A DNA stretch of 56,777 nucleotides, from the NCBI GenBank assembly GCA_041742255.1, contig JBGSIZ010000197.1, positions 1 through 56,777 of the forward strand, in the 5' to 3' direction. This stretch comes from Marivivens sp. (GTDB taxonomy: Bacteria > Pseudomonadota > Alphaproteobacteria > Rhodobacterales > Rhodobacteraceae). Shown in pieces: positions 24,301 through 32,903 of the stretch. The first letter of the stretch is position 1, and each line of letters opens with the position of its first letter. A program made the translations under genes and the position numbers. The notes under the pieces are model-generated. The model was not told the DNA's origin and made no database searches. It saw only the letters and a program-made list of their open reading frames with translations.

Positions 24301-25622
24301 TCGTTTCTTCACGCCGCGCTGCGCTGGTCCTCGCGATGATGTGCGGTACATCGGTTACAGCACAAACGTCCGAGTATCGCTGTGGCCAACTGGACCTGGC
24401 TTCGGCCCTGCCTTCCATCGAAGGGCGCAACGGTGTCTTTTACCGGGTTCTTGCCGATTTGCGGATGCGGCACCCGATGGAAGAAGCGGCGATGCAGCAA
24501 TTGGCGGACTTGTCTGCCGCACTGGCAGCAGGTGGCACCACCCTGATATACGTCACGGTTCCGACCAAAAGTCAGGCCATGCCGCAGTTTCTGCCGCCCG
24601 CCGCCGCCGACTACAGCTTTGACAGTGCGACTGCCGTTCTGGTGTATGATGACATCATCGCCCGATTGTCGGACCATGGCGTGTTGGCCCCGGATATTCT
24701 GGCGGCTTTGTCATCGGCACCCGAGGACGTGCTGCCGTTCTTTCAGGCCGATTTTCACTGGACCTCTGATGGTGCCCGGTTAGCTGCCGCCGCGATTGCC
24801 AGCGTCATCAAGGCACAGCCGGAATACGGCGAGATGACCGTTTCGCAATACCAGACCGTTGCCATTGAACAGACGACGGCGTTTTCGACCATGCGCCGCA
24901 CGTTGCAGACATTCTGCAAAGACGAATTGCCCCGTGTCGAGGATGTGGCCCATGTGACCAGCGTGGTGGCGGGCGATACTGCAGTCGTGGCAGATATTTT
25001 TGCAGGCGACGATGATCCGGCCCAGATCGTGTTGGTCGGCACGTCGTTTTCAGATTCGCCGCTTGGAAATTTCGCCGGTTTCCTGTCCGAATATTCCGGT
25101 CTGGATGTTGTCAATTATGCGGTTTCCGGCGGCAATCAGTTTGGCGCAATGACATCCTATCTGACCTCCCGGGATTTTGCCCAAAGCCCGCCACGGTTCC
25201 TGATCTGGGAAAATCCGGTCTATAGCAATCTGGCCCAATATGGCCCCGATCCGATGGATGAACTGATCGCCGCCGCCGGGCAAACCTGTTCTGCCCCGCT
25301 GCCGATTGTGCAATCGGATGGCAATAGCCTGACCGCTGATCTGACCGGGTTGACGATTGGTCGGGGGGACGTGATCCGCGCCGATCTGGGAACGGACGGG
25401 CCACGGACGGCCGCGTTTTCCTTGACCACCGCAACCGGCATCATCCGCAACGCGACTATGATCCGAAGCGACCGGATGCTGGCCTCTGGCCAATTCTACA
25501 AACCGCTCGGCAGTATCTGGCATCCAGATCTGACCGCCGTGACCGTCACCTTTGACAGGCCGGTTTCCGATCTGTCGACCCTTTCCCTTTGCCAAATGTC
25601 CCGAAAGGATACCTCCGGATGA
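24297..25622 (+). CDS. algX: AlgX-like periplasmic SGNH-like acetyltransferase with C-terminal beta-rich (CBM-like) domain
   Basis: Signal peptide (RRAALVLAMMCGTSVTAQT). FFQADFHWTSDGARLAAAAIA and LVGTSFS, the same D-x-H / Ser signatures as AlgJ/AlgX. About 120 extra C-terminal residues. ATGA overlap with the upstream gene. Confidence 0.7.
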   Translation: MIVSSRRAALVLAMMCGTSVTAQTSEYRCGQLDLASALPSIEGRNGVFYRVLADLRMRHPMEEAAMQQLADLSAALAAGGTTLIYVTVPTKSQAMPQFLPPAAADYSFDSATAVLVYDDIIARLSDHGVLAPDILAALSSAPEDVLPFFQADFHWTSDGARLAAAAIASVIKAQPEYGEMTVSQYQTVAIEQTTAFSTMRRTLQTFCKDELPRVEDVAHVTSVVAGDTAVVADIFAGDDDPAQIVLVGTSFSDSPLGNFAGFLSEYSGLDVVNYAVSGGNQFGAMTSYLTSRDFAQSPPRFLIWENPVYSNLAQYGPDPMDELIAAAGQTCSAPLPIVQSDGNSLTADLTGLTIGRGDVIRADLGTDGPRTAAFSLTTATGIIRNATMIRSDRMLASGQFYKPLGSIWHPDLTAVTVTFDRPVSDLSTLSLCQMSRKDTSG

Positions 25623-26242
25623 CCCGATTTTCAAAACTGCTCGTGTGCGCCCTTGTGCTGAATGCTGGCCACGCGCTGGCGCAGGATGCCCAACTCTACG
25701 AAGATCCGGCAGACCCGAATGCGTCGTTTGTGCGGATCGTGTCGCCGGGCGAAACCCTTGCGGTGGTGGGGCTGAACACCTTTGACGCGGTGCAGGATGG
25801 CGTGACGCCTTATGTGACGATGACCGCCGGGCCGATCTCGGTTGCGGTGGGCGATCTGACCGCCGACGGGGATATTCCGCCCGCGACCTTCTACAGCTTT
25901 GTCGTGGGGTCCGATGGGACGCTGCATTTGTTGCAGGACCAGATCACAAACAGCCCGGCCAAGGCTGATCTGGTGTTCTACAACCTGTCCGATCTTGCGT
26001 CGGTGGACCTGTTTGTGCCTTCGGTCGATGCGATGGCGCTGGAGGATATTCTTCAGAACACATCGCGTCAGGTGTCGCTTAAGGCGCCATTGATCCTTGA
26101 TTTTGAAATCCGGGACGGCGCGACAGTCCTGGCCAGTTTGCCCGCGATCGAAATGCAGCGCCGGGCCGGCGTGACCGTCGTCCTGAGCGGCAGCGCGGGC
26201 GACTATGTCGCCACCAGCAGCGAAAATTTCTATTCCAACTGA
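25619..26242 (+). CDS. algF: AlgF-like alginate O-acetylation protein
   Basis: ORF 25589..26242 trimmed to the ATG at 25619 (ATGA overlap with the algX stop). Signal peptide MTRFSKLLVCALVLNAGHALAQ, then LYEDPADPNASFVRIV..., resembling the recalled AlgF N-terminus (ALYGP..P.GSAFVRAYN). Size is about 207 aa and the position is next to algI/J/X. Confidence 0.6.
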   Translation: MTRFSKLLVCALVLNAGHALAQDAQLYEDPADPNASFVRIVSPGETLAVVGLNTFDAVQDGVTPYVTMTAGPISVAVGDLTADGDIPPATFYSFVVGSDGTLHLLQDQITNSPAKADLVFYNLSDLASVDLFVPSVDAMALEDILQNTSRQVSLKAPLILDFEIRDGATVLASLPAIEMQRRAGVTVVLSGSAGDYVATSSENFYSN

Positions 26243-26263
26243 CCCGCGAAAGGGCATACCCCC

Positions 26264-29038
26264 ATGACACATTTCATGACCAACATTTTGACCGTGAACC
26301 GTTCCGGGGGTAGCCTGGCAGCGGGTCTTGTGCTGTCGCTTGTGGTGGCCCATCCGGGCGGCGTGGGGGCGCAAACCTTGCCGCTTGTTTTTGAGCCGCC
26401 GACCATGGAGGTCTCGCAGGTTTGCGTGCCCCGATTGTCCGACGCCGATCTGGCGGCGCAGTGGCAGGCGTGGGATGGTCGCACCCTGCCGGATCAGGAT
26501 ATCGGGCTTATCAATCGCGACATGCGCCGATTGGCGGAACTGGACGCGCTGAAATGGGACGTCACCATCCAAAAGGTGATTTCTCTTTTGCCGCGCTTGT
26601 CGCCGAGTTTTACCGAAGACCATGTGGCCCTTGCCCAAATCGAACAGATGATTGCGCTGGGGCAATTGCAGGAATTGAAAACCTTGGGGTTGGTCCAGAA
26701 ATTGCTGGACCGGGGCGAAGAAAATTCCCCACGGATGTTGAATGCCCTGGCCGGGTTTCTGACCGAAGGTGTCGGGATTGACCGTGACGTTCAGCGTGCC
26801 GATGAATTCCTGATGTCCGCAGGATATGGCGGCAATGCCGACGCCTTGCTGACGTTGTCCCGCCGGACGGTTGCGGGAAATGCGCCGCCCGCTTGGGATG
26901 TGAACCCGCAACTGGCGGTGACGATGGCCTTTGGATCGCTGCTGGGTCAGATTGATCCCTTGATCTGCGACAGGATTGCCCGGATTGCCCGCGAATTCAC
27001 CAGTGGCGACGTGGTCAGTGTGGATCACGATCTGGCGGTCCGCTGGTATCGGTTGGCCGCCGATCTGGGCGATCCGATTGCCGCGTGGCGCGTGGCCGAA
27101 TATGAAATGGAGTCCGAACTGGTGACCAAGGACAATGATGTCCTGATCACCTATCTGGCCAAGGCCGCCGCCGGAAATCTGCCCTATGCCCAAGTTGCGT
27201 TGGGTCGCGTGTATGAAGGTGGGGCATTGGTCCCCACCGATTTGCAGCAGGCCAGCATCATGTATCAGGCCGCCGCCGCAGGTGGTGATCGTGCAGGTCT
27301 GATCCGGTTGTCCGGGTTTCTGGAGGCACAATTGCCCGCCGATCCGGCACTGCTCCCCGACTTTTTGGCGACGCTGGACAGGCTTGCGGCGTTGGAGGAC
27401 ACGCCTGCGTGGGTTTATACCAAACAAGCCGCCCATATTCTGCGGGTGCAGGGGCGGTGGGCCGGACAAGACGCCGCCCGGGTGTTGCTGGAACAGGGGG
27501 CCGCGATGGATGACCCGACGGCCATCATGATGTTGGCCCAGATCGACCTTGGCACCGCCCGGACCGATGCGGAGTTTTATGCCGTGGTCGATCGCTTGAT
27601 CCATGCCGTCACGACATTGGGCGAAGCGGCCCCGACCACCGATCTACAGGCCGCATTCCTGTGCAAGGCCCCGGCTGCGCCCCGGTTAGATGAGGCCGCC
27701 TATTGGGCACAGGCCGAGGCCGCCATCGGGTCATCCTCGGTCGAATTCAGCAATCTGGCGTTGATGAAACTTGCGGCTGATCCGGATCCCCTTGCGATGG
27801 CTGCGTTGCAGACCCAGGCCCTGTATGGTCGCGCGACGCCATTGGCCAATCTGGTGACGGTTCTGGAAAACAACGGGGCCCCGGCATCAGAACTGGCGTT
27901 CTGGACCCAATATGCAACGCAGTTTGATAATGTCGAAACCGCATTGGCCGCGCTGGCCCTTGATACTGCAGCAACGCCGGATGCGCGCGCCGATGCGTTG
28001 ATCCGGTTCCGCGCGGCTGTGGTGTCAGGCGATACCAATGCCCCGCTCAAGCTCGCGCAGGCCTTGTTGATGGACGGTGCGACAAACGCGCAGGCGGAAG
28101 CCGCGGTGTTGTTGGATGGGCTCGCCCGGACCGGCAATGGCGAGGCGATGATGCTTTTGCAACAGGCGGACCCGGTAACCTATCCGACACGCCGGGCGGC
28201 GTTTGACGCCTTCGAGGCCGAGATTGAGGCGCGCGGCGACTTTTGGGCCATGATGCTTGCCATGCCATTTCTTGCCGATGCCGACCGCCGCGACATCTAT
28301 GCCGCCCGGGCCATCACCGCGATGCAATGTGCGTTCCCCGAAGCCGTGGCGTTTGCCACCGTTCAGAATGAGGTTGGCAATGCCACCGAAGCCCAACGTT
28401 GGCTGCGGATTGCCACAGCGTTGGCGGAAGCGCAGTCTTGGCAAACCGTGCAACTTGCCGATACCTATCGCGCCCTTTTGGGCAGCGACGGGGACGCTAC
28501 TGCCTTGGCCCTGTATGAACAGGCCTATGCGGCGGGCAACCGGACGGCTGTGCAACGGTTGATCCGCATCTATGGGGATCCGGCAAAGGCGGGCTATGAC
28601 CAAGCCCGGATTGTAACGCTGTATGTCGATCTGGTGGGGCTGAGCGACGCCGATCATATTCCTGCCGTCCTGAGCGATTTGTCCCGCAAAGACCCGGCAT
28701 TGCGCACCGCGATCGAGGCCAAACTTGATCTTGATGCGCTGTATGCACAGGCAGCAGAGGCCGGAAATCCCGAGGCGATGCGCGAACATGCGCGCCGGTT
28801 GCGGGCGGTTGCCATCACGCGCACCGAAATCGACGTGTCGACCAATTGGTTGGTTCTGGCGTCTGAAGGCGGCGATGTGCCGGCCATGGTGATGTTGGCG
28901 CAAGCCTATTCGATGGGAGTTGGCGTGCCGGCCTCACTCGAAAATGCGCGGGGCTGGTTGCAAAAGGCCGCCGATGCCGGTGATCCGGCGGCCATTGAAA
29001 TGGTCAAACTCTTTGCTGTTGATGCGGGGTCAAATTGA
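26264..29038 (+). CDS. large (924 aa) secreted Sel1-like/TPR-like repeat protein
   Basis: N-terminal hydrophobic signal-like segment (SLAAGLVLSLVVAHPGGVGAQT). Many Sel1-type units along the whole length (HDLAVRWYRLAADLGDPIAAWRVAEY; AQVALGRVYEGGALVPTDLQQASIMYQAAAAGGDRAGL; AMVMLAQAYSMGVGVPASLENARGWLQKAADAGDPAAI). All-helical appearance with no beta-barrel-like region. Confidence 0.65.
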   Translation: MTHFMTNILTVNRSGGSLAAGLVLSLVVAHPGGVGAQTLPLVFEPPTMEVSQVCVPRLSDADLAAQWQAWDGRTLPDQDIGLINRDMRRLAELDALKWDVTIQKVISLLPRLSPSFTEDHVALAQIEQMIALGQLQELKTLGLVQKLLDRGEENSPRMLNALAGFLTEGVGIDRDVQRADEFLMSAGYGGNADALLTLSRRTVAGNAPPAWDVNPQLAVTMAFGSLLGQIDPLICDRIARIAREFTSGDVVSVDHDLAVRWYRLAADLGDPIAAWRVAEYEMESELVTKDNDVLITYLAKAAAGNLPYAQVALGRVYEGGALVPTDLQQASIMYQAAAAGGDRAGLIRLSGFLEAQLPADPALLPDFLATLDRLAALEDTPAWVYTKQAAHILRVQGRWAGQDAARVLLEQGAAMDDPTAIMMLAQIDLGTARTDAEFYAVVDRLIHAVTTLGEAAPTTDLQAAFLCKAPAAPRLDEAAYWAQAEAAIGSSSVEFSNLALMKLAADPDPLAMAALQTQALYGRATPLANLVTVLENNGAPASELAFWTQYATQFDNVETALAALALDTAATPDARADALIRFRAAVVSGDTNAPLKLAQALLMDGATNAQAEAAVLLDGLARTGNGEAMMLLQQADPVTYPTRRAAFDAFEAEIEARGDFWAMMLAMPFLADADRRDIYAARAITAMQCAFPEAVAFATVQNEVGNATEAQRWLRIATALAEAQSWQTVQLADTYRALLGSDGDATALALYEQAYAAGNRTAVQRLIRIYGDPAKAGYDQARIVTLYVDLVGLSDADHIPAVLSDLSRKDPALRTAIEAKLDLDALYAQAAEAGNPEAMREHARRLRAVAITRTEIDVSTNWLVLASEGGDVPAMVMLAQAYSMGVGVPASLENARGWLQKAADAGDPAAIEMVKLFAVDAGSN

Positions 29039-30099
29039 TGTATCGCCAGATGTTTTTGTCCTTGGCCGTGGTTCTGACCACGGCCCACCCCTTGCGGGCG
29101 CAAGACGCCGCGCCCCAGGAACCCGCGCTCCAAGACCCTGCGCCAGAACCGTTTGTTTGCGTCCAGACGCCCGAACCGGTCATAAGCCTGAGCCATGGCA
29201 GCCGCTACAGCAGCAGTGACAGCAGCCGGACGGAGTTTGACGAGGCGTCAAATGAAGATGTGAATGCCCAACTCAAACCCGTGGATCAATTCATCACGGA
29301 TCTGGCCAAGGCCGCAAACCGGGCCGTATCCACACCTGCGGATCGCCAGATTGCCGCCGATTGCGTTTTGACGGGCCTTGCCGTTTGGGCCGGGGCGGAT
29401 GCGCTCAGCGATCTGGCCACGATGAACGCCCAGCTTTCTGCGCCGTCGCGGATTGCCGGGCTGGCGTTTGCCTATGCGCAAATCGACCCCTTTCTGGAGC
29501 CGTCAGAGGACCGGGACATTGTGCAGGCGTGGCTGTCTGACCGGGCGCGGGACACGATCACCTATTTCGACTCTGATGCACCGCCCAAGGCCAGCCAGAA
29601 CAATCTGCGGGCGTGGGCGGCTCTGGCAGTGGCACGGGTCGGTGTCACCGTGGATGACGCAGCCATGATCGACTGGGCCGCAGCATCTGTTGAACTGGTT
29701 GCCTGTCAGGCAGCACCAGACGGCAGCCTGCCGCAGGAAATGATCCGGAAAAACCTCGCCCTGCATTACCAATTGCACGCGGTGACGCCGCTTGTCGTCA
29801 CGGCGGCCTTGCTGCAGCAAAAGGGGTTCGACCTGTTTCGGGCCTGCGACAATGCCATCCACAGAACCGTTGATTTCAGCCTGGCCAGTTTTGAAGACCC
29901 CGCTGTGGTCGAGGATTTGACGGGTCATCCCCAAACCTATTTCGATGGAACAGAGACCTTGCGCGGGTTCGAGTTTGCGTGGGCACAGGCCTATCTGTCG
30001 ATCTTTTATGCGCCGCAACTTGCCGGGTTTGTTGAGCAATTCGGGGACCTTGCCAATTCCAAGATCGGTGGAAAGCAGGCGTTGATCTGGGGCGACTGA
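29035..30099 (+). CDS. algL: AlgL-like periplasmic polysaccharide lyase family 5 protein (His of the NNHSYW motif replaced)
   Basis: Signal peptide (MFLSLAVVLTTAHPLRAQ). NNLRAWAALAVARVGVTVDDAAMIDWAAASVE...DGSLPQEMIRKNLALHYQLHAVTPLVVTAALL is collinear with recalled Pseudomonas AlgL (NNHSYWAAWSV...LFDWAV...[24 protein letters not shown]). ATGA overlap with the upstream gene. Confidence 0.7.
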   Translation: MMYRQMFLSLAVVLTTAHPLRAQDAAPQEPALQDPAPEPFVCVQTPEPVISLSHGSRYSSSDSSRTEFDEASNEDVNAQLKPVDQFITDLAKAANRAVSTPADRQIAADCVLTGLAVWAGADALSDLATMNAQLSAPSRIAGLAFAYAQIDPFLEPSEDRDIVQAWLSDRARDTITYFDSDAPPKASQNNLRAWAALAVARVGVTVDDAAMIDWAAASVELVACQAAPDGSLPQEMIRKNLALHYQLHAVTPLVVTAALLQQKGFDLFRACDNAIHRTVDFSLASFEDPAVVEDLTGHPQTYFDGTETLRGFEFAWAQAYLSIFYAPQLAGFVEQFGDLANSKIGGKQALIWGD

Positions 30100-30189
30100 C
30101 CGGCGTCCAGCACATGTTATCGGGGCGGGTGGCACAGTGCGTGGGTTTTGGGTAAACCCGGTCACAGTCGAACCGATGGAGATCGTCGC

Positions 30190-31191
30190 ATGTCGTTGAA
30201 TTCCGCCACAGTGGCGTCGCGCCTGTCCGTCGCCCCGATGATGGATTGGACCGATCGTCATTGCCGGTATTTTCACCGCCGTCTGACCCGGCGCGCCCTG
30301 CTGTATACCGAGATGGTCACTGCACCAGCGGTGATCCACGGGGACCGGGATCGGTTGTTGGCGTATGATCCGGCTGAACATCCTGTGGCAGTGCAACTGG
30401 GGGGTTCTGACCCGGTTGAGCTGGCACAGGCTGCCCGGATTGTCGCCGATTATGGCTATGACGAGATCAACCTGAACGTCGGGTGCCCGTCCGACCGCGT
30501 GCAATCGGGCTGTTTTGGGGCGGTGTTGATGGAGCGGCCCGGATTGGTCGCAGACTGTGTCGCCGCGATGATGGATGCCACATCGGTCGAGGTCACGGTC
30601 AAATGCCGGATCGGCGTAGACGACCAGATCCCGCAGGATGTTCTGCCTGATTTTCTGGCCCGGGTCAGTGCCGCAGGGGTTAACCGGTTTGCCATTCACG
30701 CCCGCAAGGCCTGGCTCAAGGGGCTGAGCCCCAAGGAAAACCGGGACATTCCGCCGCTGGAGTATGATCTGGTGCTGCAGATGAAGGGCCTGTTTCCCCA
30801 CCTGCATTTGTCTGTAAACGGGGGCATCACCACGTTGGAACAGGCGGTGGCGTTTCTGGATGCGGGCCTTGACGGTGTGATGATCGGGCGGGCCGCCTAT
30901 CACACGCCTGCACAGGTTCTGGTCGCCGCAGACCGCGTTATTTTTCAAGAAGATCAGGATGTTGATCCCGTTCAGGTGGTGGCCGATATGGTGCCCTATA
31001 TCGACCGCCATCTGTCGGCGGGGGGCAGGGTGCATCAGGTGACGCGCCATATGTTGGGGCTGTTTCATGGCCGTCCCGGTGCGCGGGCGTGGCGGCGCAT
31101 CTTGTCGGACGAGGCCAATCGCGATGGTGCGGGTCCAGAGGTGCTGCTGCGCGCGCTTGCACAGGTTCAGGTCGAACAAGACGCCGCCTGA
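30190..31191 (+). CDS. dusA: tRNA-dihydrouridine(20/20a) synthase
   Basis: ORF 30148..31191 trimmed to the ATG at 30190. LSVAPMMDWTDRHCRYFHRRLTRRALLYTEMVT...VAVQLGGSDP...EINLNVGCPSDRVQSGCFGA...IHARKAWLKGLSPKENR. Typical DusA. Confidence 0.9.
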   Translation: MSLNSATVASRLSVAPMMDWTDRHCRYFHRRLTRRALLYTEMVTAPAVIHGDRDRLLAYDPAEHPVAVQLGGSDPVELAQAARIVADYGYDEINLNVGCPSDRVQSGCFGAVLMERPGLVADCVAAMMDATSVEVTVKCRIGVDDQIPQDVLPDFLARVSAAGVNRFAIHARKAWLKGLSPKENRDIPPLEYDLVLQMKGLFPHLHLSVNGGITTLEQAVAFLDAGLDGVMIGRAAYHTPAQVLVAADRVIFQEDQDVDPVQVVADMVPYIDRHLSAGGRVHQVTRHMLGLFHGRPGARAWRRILSDEANRDGAGPEVLLRALAQVQVEQDAA

Positions 31192-31250
31192 TCCCTTGCG
31201 GGGGGGCTGTGTTCCGGGCATCAAGGCGTGCAAATCCAAAGGAACCCAAG

Positions 31251-32069
31251 ATGCCGGATATGACGTTGCTGTTTCTGATGGTGGCCATGTTGCTGGCCAT
31301 CGGGGCATTTGCCGGGGTTTTGGCGGGATTGCTGGGCGTGGGCGGCGGTATTATTTTGGTTCCTGCGTTCTACTACGCCTTTTCCGTGTTGGGATATGAC
31401 AGCCCGCAATTGATGCAGATGTGCCTAGCTACATCGCTGGCCACGATCATCGTGACGTCGGTGCGGTCGGTTCTGGCCCATAACAAAAAGGGCGCGGTGG
31501 ACTGGGCGATTCTGCGGGGATGGGCGGCCGGGATTGCTGTGGGGGCCGTCGTTGGCGTGCTGGTCGCGTCGTCGTTGCGGTCTACGGCGTTGCAGGCCAT
31601 TTTCGGGACTCTGGCGATAATTGTGGGTCTTTACATGGCCTTGTCCAAGGCGCACTGGCGTTTGGGTGATGCGATGCCGATGGGGATAAAAGGGTTCGCG
31701 ATTTCCCCTGTCATCGGTTTCCTGTCGGTTCTGATGGGCATTGGCGGCGGGTCGTTTGGGGTGCCGACGATGACGTTGTTCAACGTTCCGATCCACCGTG
31801 CGGTGGCGACGGCAGCCGGATTTGGGGTGCTGATTGCAGTGCCCTCGGTCGCCGGATTTTTGCTGGTGGATATGGCTGTGGCCCCCCCGCTGACCATCGG
31901 CGCGGTCAATTTGGTGGCGTTTTTAATCGTGATTTCAATGACTTTGATCACCGCCCCTTATGGCGCTGCGCTGGCCCACAAGACCGATGCGGTGCGGTTG
32001 AAGCGGGTGTTTGGCGTGTTTTTGATCCTTGTTGCGCTCAATATGTTGCGGAAGGCTGCCGGATGGTAG
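31251..32069 (+). CDS. TauE/SafE (DUF81) family anion exporter
   Basis: ORF 31089..32069 trimmed to the ATG at 31251 (aaggaacccaag ATG). LLAIGAFAGVLAGLLGVGGGIILVPAFYY... repeated in the second half (VLMGIGGGSFGVPTM). Multi-TM. Confidence 0.85.
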   Translation: MPDMTLLFLMVAMLLAIGAFAGVLAGLLGVGGGIILVPAFYYAFSVLGYDSPQLMQMCLATSLATIIVTSVRSVLAHNKKGAVDWAILRGWAAGIAVGAVVGVLVASSLRSTALQAIFGTLAIIVGLYMALSKAHWRLGDAMPMGIKGFAISPVIGFLSVLMGIGGGSFGVPTMTLFNVPIHRAVATAAGFGVLIAVPSVAGFLLVDMAVAPPLTIGAVNLVAFLIVISMTLITAPYGAALAHKTDAVRLKRVFGVFLILVALNMLRKAAGW

Positions 32070-32833
32070 AGGACGCATTTTTCGGGTTGGGCTGGGCTGT
32101 ATTGCCCGCAGATCAACGGGTCGCCAAATGGGCCGCTGCCGCGAGGGGAGAGGCGGTGCGCGTTGCTGCCGATCCGGAGCAGAAAGCCCGGTGGTTGCGG
32201 CATGGAAAAACGTGGTTTGTGGGGGTTGATGCCTTGCCCAATGGGCCGGATGGGTCGATTGGCGGGGTGCCGTTGCAAGGGCCGTGGGACCGCGCGATCG
32301 CGATTCCCAACCCCCTGCACCCCGCCCAATTATCCGTTATATATCAAGGGTATCCGGGCCGTGATCCCGACGAGACGGACGCCGCCCACAAGTTCCGCCG
32401 GGACCGTGATGCCGCCCATCTGGACGGGCTGTTGGCCGAGGGGCCGGGCAAGCGCCGGTTCTTGCGCGAACCCCATGCGTGGATTCTGGGCATCGCATTG
32501 AACAAATCCGACGCCAGCCCCTTGGTCGTGTGGGAAGGCAGCCATGAAATCATCCGCGAGGCGTTTCTGACAGCCACCGCAGGTATCCCCCCGGCGATGT
32601 GGCAAGACATTGATTTCACGGACGTTTACAAGGATGCCCGCGCCGAGGTTTTCGAGCTGTGCGAGCGCCGCGAGGTGCGGTTGCAGCCGGGGCAGGCGGT
32701 GTTGGTGCATCGGTTGGCCATTCACGGTGTGGCACCTTGGGCCAATGGGGCCAAGGCCCCGCCGGAGGGTCGGATGATGGCCTATTTTCGGCCCCGGATG
32801 ACAGATGTGCGGGCGTGGTTGCGCGACGATTGA
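32063..32833 (+). CDS. conserved hypothetical protein (possible Fe(II)/2OG-dioxygenase-like fold)
   Basis: Coding-like composition and an overlap with the upstream stop (ATGGTAG). A possible H-x-D (AAHLDG) and a distal His (LVHRLAIHG) hint at a PhyH-like fold. Function is not supportable from sequence alone. Confidence 0.55.
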   Translation: MVEDAFFGLGWAVLPADQRVAKWAAAARGEAVRVAADPEQKARWLRHGKTWFVGVDALPNGPDGSIGGVPLQGPWDRAIAIPNPLHPAQLSVIYQGYPGRDPDETDAAHKFRRDRDAAHLDGLLAEGPGKRRFLREPHAWILGIALNKSDASPLVVWEGSHEIIREAFLTATAGIPPAMWQDIDFTDVYKDARAEVFELCERREVRLQPGQAVLVHRLAIHGVAPWANGAKAPPEGRMMAYFRPRMTDVRAWLRDD

Positions 32834-32846
32834 CCGTTTGGATAAA

Positions 32847-32880
32847 GCGTCGGTTTTCCGTCGGTATCCCGTCGGTGTCG
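32847..32880 (+). repeat. array of three 11-nt direct repeats (CGTCGGT core), copy A
   Basis: gcgtcggtttt ccgtcggtatc ccgtcggtgtcg. 28/34 identical to 50651-50684. Located in a 3'-3' intergenic region. Confidence 0.6.
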
Positions 32881-32903
32881 TTTTTGCGAAAAATCCGCCC
32901 GGT

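Noticed and set aside
25631-27604. 657-aa minus-strand ORF overlapping algF and the large Sel1 gene
   Set aside because: The translation is Arg/Gly/Pro/His/Gln-rich with no recognisable domain. It lies antisense to genes with clear homology and operon structure, so it is a typical high-GC shadow ORF.
30100-30189. Idea that the alg block is a dusA-targeting integrative island, since the 5' end of dusA is a known integration hotspot
   Set aside because: There is no integrase, excisionase or recognisable att-like direct repeat anywhere between 13.1 and 30.2 kb, and the dusA N-terminus looks native. The adjacency is recorded but is not evidence of a DusA-type island.
29503-31308. 601-aa minus-strand ORF antisense to algL-like and dusA
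   Set aside because: Same shadow-ORF character. The plus-strand genes have strong family signatures (PL5 block, the DusA PMMDWTDRH motif).
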